Virus record (IMG/VR): IMGVR_UViG_3300046047_000103
Source: a virus
Taxonomy: Duplodnaviria; Heunggongvirae; Uroviricota; Caudoviricetes
Reading direction: 5' to 3' (one strand)
Length of the DNA: 26,154 bases
Made by a program: the position numbers and the translations under genes. The first letter of the stretch is position 1; each line of letters opens with the position of its first letter. Under the pieces are notes generated by a model, which made no database searches, had not been told where the DNA came from, and saw only the letters and a program-made list of their open reading frames with translations. Shown here piece after piece: positions 6,364 through 13,082 of this stretch.

Positions 6364-6434
6364 GCCCCATTGTCGCCGGTTGCGCAACGATATCTTATAA
6401 ACATTGTAAGAGGGTTCAACTCCTTCATGGGGTA
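6364..6434 (+). tRNA. Probable tRNA-Ile(TAT), weak D and anticodon stems
   Basis: GCCCCAT/ATGGGGT-A; GATAT-CTTATAA-ACATT; T arm GAGGG-TTCAACT-CCTTC. Confidence 0.65.
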
Positions 6435-6599
6435 CTTGTCGGGGAATGGCATAGTCTCCAGCGCACGTCATCCTAGGTGGCGTGGTCAACTGGCGGCAAG
6501 CGCCAGCAGATCTGATCTGTCGCTTCCCGTAAGAACAGCTCCTCTCCCCGACCACATCGTGATATCTTGTACACGACATTGGTATCATGGTGCTTGCAT

Positions 6600-6670
6600 G
6601 CGGATGTAGCCCAATGGTAAGGCGTCAGTCTTCCAAACTGATTACGCGGGTCCGATTCCCGTCATCCGCT
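6600..6670 (+). tRNA. tRNA-Gly(TCC)
   Basis: GCGGATG/CATCCGC-T; TCAGT-CTTCCAA-ACTGA; T loop TCCGAT. Confidence 0.94.
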
Positions 6671-6826
6671 CTGAAGGCCAACAGCTCCTGGACTAGCGAT
6701 CCGAGAGTTGCATAAACGGTGTGGTAGTCTGTTGGCCTGTAACACGCGCTGCGTCTCATGTGCCGGCAAGCGCCGTCACGCAGGCTATATCGGACACTCA
6801 CGTGGTGAGACAGGGTGTCCACCAAT

Positions 6827-6899
6827 GCGGACATGGTCTAGCTGGTAAGACGCGACCTTCCCAAGGTTGAGATCGCGGGTTCGAGCCCCGTTGTCCGCT
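6827..6899 (+). tRNA. tRNA-Gly(CCC)
   Basis: GCGGACA/TGTCCGC-T; CGACC-TTCCCAA-GGTTG. Confidence 0.95.
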
Positions 6900-7026
6900 C
6901 GATCGTCATTGCGGTAATGGCTGGCCGGGCAGTAATGGCGTTGATACCCGGAACTGCGCTCCTTGTGGATTCGATTGTATCCACGCAGGGTTAGGCGATC
7001 ACGATGGAGCTTGTCGCCGCCATTAT

Positions 7027-7099
7027 GCTTCCGTAGCTCAGATGGCAGAGCGCCTCGGTCACATCGAGGATGTCGATGGTTCAAGTCCATTCGGAAGCA
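7027..7099 (+). tRNA. tRNA-Val(CAC)
   Basis: GCTTCCG/CGGAAGC-A; CCTCG-GTCACAT-CGAGG. Confidence 0.93.
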
Positions 7100-7100
7100 C

Positions 7101-7177
7101 TGCGGGGTCGAGTAGCAATTCGGTAGCTCTCGTGGCTCATACCCACGGTGTTGCAGGTTCAAATCCTGCCCCCGCTA
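7101..7177 (+). tRNA. tRNA-Met(CAT), initiator-like
   Basis: TGCGGGG/CCCCGCT-A with 1-72 mismatch; CGTGG-CTCATAC-CCACG has only two of the three initiator G-C pairs. Confidence 0.85.
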
Positions 7178-7218
7178 CTAAGATCTGCGCTCATGAACGC
7201 AGATCTGCATGCAGTCTT

Positions 7219-7294
7219 GCTCCTGTAGCCCAGTCCGGCCCAAGGCGTCTGCCTTACACGCAGAAGATCCATGGTTCGAATCCATGTGGGAGCA
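7219..7294 (+). tRNA. tRNA-Val(TAC)
   Basis: GCTCCTG/TGGGAGC-A; TCTGC-CTTACAC-GCAGA. Confidence 0.93.
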
Positions 7295-7438
7295 CGGCGG
7301 AACCTACTTGCAAGAGTCATCGTGCTGATAGTTCCCGAACGGGAGTAAGACGAGTGCAGGGAATGCCCTGGACTCGTCGAGAATTCAATGGTCGACTGGT
7401 TCCTTTCGCAATGCTGGCATTCAAGCATTGCACTCAAT

Positions 7439-7511
7439 GCGGACATAGCTTAGTTGGTAAAGCGCGACCTTGCCAAGGTCGAGACCGCGGGTTCAAGTCC
7501 CGTTGTCCGCT
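7439..7511 (+). tRNA. tRNA-Gly(GCC)
   Basis: GCGGACA/TGTCCGC-T; CGACC-TTGCCAA-GGTCG. Confidence 0.95.
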
Positions 7512-7515
7512 CTTC

Positions 7516-7588
7516 GCCTTGTTAGCTCAGATGGTAGAGCGGCCGCCTTGTAAGCGGCAGGTCTCCGGTTCAAGCCCGGAACATGGCT
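7516..7588 (+). tRNA. tRNA-Thr(TGT)
   Basis: GCCTTGT/ACATGGC-T; GCCGC-CTTGTAA-GCGGC. Confidence 0.93.
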
Positions 7589-7589
7589 C

Positions 7590-7674
7590 GGATGATTCGC
7601 ATAGTGGTCGAGTGCACTTGTCTAGAAAACAAGAGTGGGTCACACCGCCGGGGGTTCGAATCCCTCATCATCCG
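7590..7674 (+). tRNA. tRNA-Ser(AGA), A34, long variable arm
   Basis: GGATGAT/ATCATCC-G; CTTGT-CTAGAAA-ACAAG. Confidence 0.92.
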
Positions 7675-7851
7675 CTATTGATGATGGATAGATCGGTCTT
7701 CAACGATCTTATCAGCAGTCAAGAAACATGATAGCAGGGATTGAAGATACTTGCTGTCATGGATCGTGGTGGACACGCCCTGGTGCATAGCCAGGAACAC
7801 GATCTAGTCAGGGTGGCTCCATGCCATCACTGACAGCGCCATGATCATTAT

Positions 7852-7935
7852 GGATGGTAGGCTGAGCGGTTAAAGCGCCTCACTGCTAATGAGGTTCGGG
7901 TAACACCGTGGCGGGTTCGACTCCCGCATCATCCG
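7852..7935 (+). tRNA. tRNA-Ser(GCT)
   Basis: GGATGGT/ATCATCC-G; CCTCA-CTGCTAA-TGAGG. Confidence 0.94.
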
Positions 7936-8190
7936 CAAGATCATGCCGGCAGTGATGTGGACATGATCCCTCCGCCGCAGGGGAACTGGGGAGCCGTGTG
8001 GGATCCCCGACTGCGGTCATGTCGGCTCTGCCCACAGACTGCCGGCATCGTGGAGATCCCTGGTCGCGCAGGTCAAGACGCGCCGTGGAGGCTGGCCGTG
8101 CTCCACGATCATCAAAAACCAGGCGGATATGCTAAACAGAGCTAATAGGAATCTGGGAACCATGCTGTCTGCATGTGAGACAGCATGTAT

Positions 8191-8276
8191 GGAGAGTGTG
8201 ATCTATTGGTAAGGTCGACCCGCTTCGAATACGGGCGCCGGTAATACGGTTAGGGGTTCGATTCCCTTACTCTCCG
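8191..8276 (+). tRNA. tRNA-Ser(CGA)
   Basis: GGAGAGT/ACTCTCC-G; CCCGC-TTCGAAT-ACGGG; variable arm. Confidence 0.9.
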
Positions 8277-8291
8277 CAATCATTGTCACGG

Positions 8292-9221
8292 TCATACCAT
8301 CGTCGGTATGAAACCGATCTGGAAGATCTGCTGTCGTCCTCCCATGTTCAATATGACAGCTCTCCCCCTTGGCCTAGCCGGGAGATCATACCTCGGGTTC
8401 TCCGAGAACAAATCCCTGAATGCTTTCCAATTCTGATGTCCGCAATAGATCTTCGTCATAGAGTTCGATACGATCTCACGACCAGAAGTACTGATCGTAT
8501 CAAGATAGCCAGTGATCATGAAGACATAGATGCCGGCGCTCCTGCACAGCCTGACCAGATAGTTGATAGTGTCAGTCATGAGCGAGATCTTCTCTGCCGC
8601 ATGGACAGTTCCCATTCTAGACGGGCTCAGCGTGGAGACCCCTCCGAGCAGCCAGTCAGCTGGATCAATAATGATCCATTCAGTCTTCCTCGACGATAAG
8701 ATCTTCTCCTCGCCCTCAGCGTCACCAACCGTGTTAGCAAGCTGCTTGTACGTGTCATTCATCTCAACCCTCAGACGAGTGATGAGATCATACGCCTCAT
8801 CTATGCTCCGGGCCACACGGTCACCTTGACGAAGATTCTTCTGGACTCCATTAAGATCAATGACGTTCAGTCTGATCCCATCATGACGGAGTCCGTGCTC
8901 GATGATCGTCCTCATAAGAACGGTCTTACCGCTTCCTGTTCCTCCGGATACGATCACACTGGGATTCTTGTTAAGATCGAGGATCACATCCTTACCGCCC
9001 TCTCCAGCACCTATGCGGACAGTTGAGCGCGGATCGTCATCATCGTTCCTGGAGTCGGTATCGATCGGCTTGTATATGAGCTCGTTGGGGAGATCGGGGT
9101 CTGGAGCACTGACCCCAAGTTGCTTCAGATTGGAGTCAAGGGTCTTCCATGTCGGGGTTCCCGGATTCACCGTGACGAGGAACGGCTTGCCGTTAAGCGC
9201 TTCATCCCTACTTGACAACAA
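8292..9221 (-). CDS. FtsK/SpoIIIE-like P-loop ATPase domain protein
   Basis: 309 aa; DLNKNPSVIVSGGTGSGKT Walker A, NVIDLNG, IIIDP at the Walker B position, CRSAGIYV; TTG start uncertain. Confidence 0.75.
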   Translation of the reverse strand: MLSSRDEALNGKPFLVTVNPGTPTWKTLDSNLKQLGVSAPDPDLPNELIYKPIDTDSRNDDDDPRSTVRIGAGEGGKDVILDLNKNPSVIVSGGTGSGKTVLMRTIIEHGLRHDGIRLNVIDLNGVQKNLRQGDRVARSIDEAYDLITRLRVEMNDTYKQLANTVGDAEGEEKILSSRKTEWIIIDPADWLLGGVSTLSPSRMGTVHAAEKISLMTDTINYLVRLCRSAGIYVFMITGYLDTISTSGREIVSNSMTKIYCGHQNWKAFRDLFSENPRYDLPARPRGRAVILNMGGRQQIFQIGFIPTMV

Positions 9222-9377
9222 TATGGATCCATCAGATCTGTAATCATACTGAATGTTAAGATCATTAGTCGTTTTCTTATTCCTTATTCCATTGTAAACG
9301 TTAGATACCTGTTTTTCTTGTTATTTATGTTACCGTCGTGATAATGATTAACGAGTTGCCTTTATAATGATCTTGAA

Positions 9378-9386
9378 TGGTATAAT
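9378..9386 (+). promoter_or_regulatory. Extended -10 promoter TGGTATAAT upstream of tnpB
   Basis: Consensus TATAAT with TG; AAGGGG SD-like sequence before GTG 9418. Confidence 0.65.
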
Positions 9387-9417
9387 ATTCATTATCATAG
9401 TCAAGGGGTGAATAACC

Positions 9418-11040
9418 GTGAGGAAGAGCAAGATCATCAGCATGGCGCTGAGCCTTAACCTGAGCGATGCTATCATTACCCCGTCACCCGGGAAGCGGCA
9501 GCCAAGCGTTACGGAATGGCCACCTTACATCATGAGCACCCTACAGACTCAGACGAGGGATCAGAATAAGATCATAAGGCTTAACAAGGGCTTGGATCCT
9601 GATGACATGACTACTGGTCTCAAGTACTCGGATCCCCTCATCCGCAAGAACATGATCATCCCGTCCAGCGTCAAGGAGAGCAGGGCGAGCGCATGGTTGA
9701 ACACGGCATGGAGTCTGATTAACGACCAGTTAGAGTCATGGCGCTTACTCGCTCCATGGGCTCAACGATCCAGGCTCTTTGACGAAATCCGCGAGGGACC
9801 GAGCCTCGGGTTCAAGGACTTCAGGAGGAAGCACGGGTACGAGTACCTGGACTACCAGCTCTGGTCTAACGTGCAGAGAATGAAGAGTAAGCCAGGACTC
9901 CCCGTCGTGAAGTCAGCGAGAATCTCGTACTCCAAGATGGGAGTACAGTGCTCCGGGGCGCCATGGTACGATAGTAAGACTGGAGTCTTGCACTGGGAAT
10001 GCGTGAACATCGGTCAAGCGCGCCTAGACTTCTCATGGCACGCTCCGTGGATTCGTGCACGATACCCTCGCAGGTCCCTTCAGACCGGACGGATCAGCCG
10101 AGGAACGGTCCAGGCCGTACCCATGACTAGCCACTCATTCAGCGTGGGGTACGGGGAGGACGCGAGCGGTAAGATCCGTGCTAGCATCTCTCGTGAGAAT
10201 AACCGAGTAACATTCAGCCCGGCGACGGATGACGTACGATTCACCTTCACGATTAAGGCTACTCGGCCATCGATACGCAAGCGTGTTAAGGCGGTTGCCG
10301 GGTTTGATATCGGGATGGAGTCGCACGCGGTGATAGCCGGCCGGCGCGTGAGCCTGAACGGCGGAACGAGCAGGCCGCTCACGCTGAGCCGGGAGGGATT
10401 ATCCCTCCAGCGTCACATCATCTCGCTCCAGCTAAAAGAACGGGAGGCTCTCGCGAAGCTCTCGAGGATCATGCAGGATCATGAGCCTGTGGCGAACCCG
10501 AGGCTCGTGGAGGGTGCTATCCATCTTCACGAGAAGCTGGAGGCGCTGAAGGCCGCGATGGACTGGGTCGCCGCGGACTCAGCCGTGAAGCACTGCCGTC
10601 CGGGTGACGTGCTCGTAATGGAGGAGCTCTCATGGTCTGGCGGTGGCGCGGTGAAGTTCCGTCACGGCCGGCAGCAGGCTCGTGTCCAGCACCTCGCCGC
10701 TAGGCGCGGTTTCAGGATGGTTAGGGTGAACCCTGCCGGATCTAGTCACGAGTGTCCATCATGCCACGCCGCGTACGATGCGGATCCGAGGAGTCACGCC
10801 TTCAAGTGCAGCTCTTGCGGGTACGCGGGGGATAAGGATGACGCGGCCGGTTTTATCATCGCACTCCGCGGCTTGGAGAAGCTCCGCAAGAATAACAATT
10901 ACGGGTTGAGCGCCGTGGTACAGACGGTCCGCTCTCGTCGTCCAAGAGGCGACGGTTATGCCCATGCTAGTAACCAGGGTCACCGCGAACGAGCATGCTC
11001 GGTAACGGCGGCGGGTCTAACCAAGAATAACGGTTACTAG
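9418..11040 (+). CDS. tnpB: TnpB/Cas12f-like RuvC RNA-guided nuclease (no adjacent TnpA)
   Basis: 540 aa; RuvC-I AGFDIG, RuvC-II VMEELS, VNPAGSS-ECPSC...CSSC zinc finger, RuvC-III DKDDAA. Confidence 0.85.
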   Translation: MRKSKIISMALSLNLSDAIITPSPGKRQPSVTEWPPYIMSTLQTQTRDQNKIIRLNKGLDPDDMTTGLKYSDPLIRKNMIIPSSVKESRASAWLNTAWSLINDQLESWRLLAPWAQRSRLFDEIREGPSLGFKDFRRKHGYEYLDYQLWSNVQRMKSKPGLPVVKSARISYSKMGVQCSGAPWYDSKTGVLHWECVNIGQARLDFSWHAPWIRARYPRRSLQTGRISRGTVQAVPMTSHSFSVGYGEDASGKIRASISRENNRVTFSPATDDVRFTFTIKATRPSIRKRVKAVAGFDIGMESHAVIAGRRVSLNGGTSRPLTLSREGLSLQRHIISLQLKEREALAKLSRIMQDHEPVANPRLVEGAIHLHEKLEALKAAMDWVAADSAVKHCRPGDVLVMEELSWSGGGAVKFRHGRQQARVQHLAARRGFRMVRVNPAGSSHECPSCHAAYDADPRSHAFKCSSCGYAGDKDDAAGFIIALRGLEKLRKNNNYGLSAVVQTVRSRRPRGDGYAHASNQGHRERACSVTAAGLTKNNGY

Positions 11041-11044
11041 CAAC
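10887..11044 (+). ncRNA. Putative omega RNA scaffold overlapping the tnpB 3' end
   Basis: 11-bp stem TGCTAGTAACC (10965-10975)/GGTTACTAGCA (11032-11042); hairpin 10937-10953; position typical of TnpB omega RNAs; boundaries inferred. Confidence 0.5.
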
Positions 11045-11171
11045 TGTCATTGTGATAGCCTTATGATCATACGATGGTAAGATATGTCTTCAACGGGAAT
11101 GATCTTGTCATGGCGTGACGTTATAATTGCTGTATGTTCCAAATGGTACAGATTTTCTATCAACGGTAAGC

Positions 11172-11693
11172 ATGGATGGGTCGATCGTGTCTGATAAGAA
11201 GCATCGGTATGGAAAGAACAGTAAGATGAGAGCGTATTACGATTCTGTCATCAGCGACTTCAACGATGATTCCGATGAGTCGTATCTGGCAGAAGCCTAT
11301 GAGAACATGCTGATGGATCAGGGTGCTAGTAGCCCCGATGACATCCTCGGAACCATGGACTACTATGAGTATGACAACGGTGAGGACATTGTCCACATCG
11401 TGACGGATGAGGTCGGGGAAGATGATGCTAAACGAGCAATGGTGCTGTACTCCGCGACGAAGGACGGTGGCTCCCCGATCTATGGACTGAGTGACGATGA
11501 GATCAATGATGTTCTCACCGATGACGACAAGTTCGAGGAAGCGTATAAGGAATTGGAAGACGCAGGGATCGTCACCGAGAAGGAATATGAGGACGAAGAT
11601 GCGATTAATAAGTTCATTGATGACAATTGGGATTACATCGGGCCGTCATACGATTCAAGCGATGGTCTTGGAACGTATCATCAGCGGGTATGA
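11172..11693 (+). CDS. Highly acidic hypothetical protein
   Basis: ORF 11127-11693; ATG 11172 preferred because the TTG at 11127 overlaps a TATAAT box; about one quarter Asp/Glu. Confidence 0.75.
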   Translation: MDGSIVSDKKHRYGKNSKMRAYYDSVISDFNDDSDESYLAEAYENMLMDQGASSPDDILGTMDYYEYDNGEDIVHIVTDEVGEDDAKRAMVLYSATKDGGSPIYGLSDDEINDVLTDDDKFEEAYKELEDAGIVTEKEYEDEDAINKFIDDNWDYIGPSYDSSDGLGTYHQRV

Positions 11694-11845
11694 TGAAGAC
11701 TGATGGTTCTGAATTCATGGATTGCCGGCACCGGGCGCTGACAGATCTATAGCCCCATCTTTGGTACCATTGCCGTCATGTATGTTTCGATTGATGCGAT
11801 GACGGGTGACCATATCGTCATCAAGATCTTGAAGGAGAAGAGCTG

Positions 11846-12370
11846 ATGCTGGCTAAGCCGAGGAATGGATGGACAGCCCTTGAGACCACGGTTGAGGGCA
11901 AGCCGGTGACGATCGGTCCAATCAGCTACCTGTCTGACGCGCCGGTCATGCTGGCAGAGGCATTCTGGGCGCGGTTCATCGAGGAAGAGCCATTGAACGT
12001 GACGTTCGAGTCAGAGTCTGAAGGATATGTAGATCTGGTTGAGATCGACGATTGCATCTTCGCTATGAAGCATTTTGATCAGAAGGATCCGGACATCCAT
12101 GGGACCCTCATCGGATTCTCTGATATGATACCCGATCTTGCCAGTGAGCTCATTGTGGACATCACTGAGAACATTGACGGCTGGGCCTTGTTCGAAGAGC
12201 TGGGATCTGCAGATCTGGATGAGATCGGTGAACGATCTGCGGAATCTGAACAAGAACGGCGCCGTATCGCCCTGGACGACTGGTGCACTGAGCTGTCCGA
12301 CGTTCTTACCAAGTTCAAGATCGTTGACTCGAAGTTCAACCATGACGTCAGACGGCGCGCACGATGCTGA
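11846..12370 (+). CDS. Acidic hypothetical protein
   Basis: 174-aa ORF; GGAG SD; TGGTACCAT extended -10 at 11762-11770. Confidence 0.75.
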   Translation: MLAKPRNGWTALETTVEGKPVTIGPISYLSDAPVMLAEAFWARFIEEEPLNVTFESESEGYVDLVEIDDCIFAMKHFDQKDPDIHGTLIGFSDMIPDLASELIVDITENIDGWALFEELGSADLDEIGERSAESEQERRRIALDDWCTELSDVLTKFKIVDSKFNHDVRRRARC

Positions 12371-12467
12371 CGCTAATGATTTCACTTCCCGTCTTGTCTA
12401 TGATACGATGATCACATGGTTGATGATCACATTGATCATCAAAGACCGGCGAGATTAGGAGCAGATC

Positions 12468-12962
12468 ATGGCATTGATACAGCAAAGCATTGACCCAGCG
12501 ACGGGTGAGATCATTGATGACAGTGATGAGTACGGGAATAAGATACCGGTCAGTCTTGACGATGGAGCGCAGGTTCCGTCATACGCTCACGGTGATGACG
12601 CTGGTGCAGATCTGACATCGGTCGAAGATGTCATGATCAATCCCGGGGAGCGGGTTCTTGTCCGCACCGGCGTCCATATCGAACTGGATGCAGATCTGCT
12701 TGCATGGGTGACGCCCCGATCCGGTCTTGCCGTGAAGCACGGCATTACGATCGTGAATGCGCCTGGTCTCATTGACGGCGGGTACCGTGGTGAGATCATG
12801 GTCTGCCTTCTGAATACGAGCGGTGAAGCCTATCAGGTCAAGAAGGGCGATAAGATCGCACAGCTCGTGATCCAGGAGTACATTCACGCTGGATTCAAGG
12901 TGGTTCCAGAACTGCAGGCGAGTGATCGTGAATCAGGGGGATTCGGATCAACGGGAAGATGA
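12468..12962 (+). CDS. dut: Trimeric dUTP diphosphatase
   Basis: All five motifs: DAGADL, PRSGLAVKHGI, GLIDGGYRGEI, KIAQLV, RESGGFGSTG. Confidence 0.97.
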   Translation: MALIQQSIDPATGEIIDDSDEYGNKIPVSLDDGAQVPSYAHGDDAGADLTSVEDVMINPGERVLVRTGVHIELDADLLAWVTPRSGLAVKHGITIVNAPGLIDGGYRGEIMVCLLNTSGEAYQVKKGDKIAQLVIQEYIHAGFKVVPELQASDRESGGFGSTGR

Positions 12963-12993
12963 CAGCCCGAGGGTATGATCAGTAAGCAGTGAT

Positions 12994-13025
12994 AGTCCAT
13001 GGCCGGTGACGGTCATGGACTTTTT
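12994..13025 (+). terminator. Intrinsic terminator after dut
   Basis: 11-bp stem AGTCCATGGCC/GGTCATGGACT followed by TTTT. Confidence 0.75.
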
Positions 13026-13082
13026 CATATCCTCGTCATAGAGCTGGTCTTTTGACAACCACCCTGCTGATATCTTACCTGT

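Noticed and set aside
7322-7350. Hammerhead ribozyme core
   Set aside because: CTGATAG and GTAA deviate from the invariant CUGAnGA/GAAA, and stems I/III cannot be assigned
407-8145. About 45 short ORFs (60-229 aa) in the track, on both strands
   Set aside because: They overlap tRNA genes or rnpB, have no recognisable motifs and arise from stop-poor GC-rich RNA genes
230-8276. Stop-codon suppressor tRNAs or genetic-code reassignment
   Set aside because: No CTA, TTA or TCA anticodon found, and long ORFs read through under the standard code
11127-11171. TTG 11127 as the start of the acidic protein (also ATG 14685 for HU)
   Set aside because: 11127 overlaps a TATAAT box; 14685 lies inside the upstream gene and precedes the HU homology
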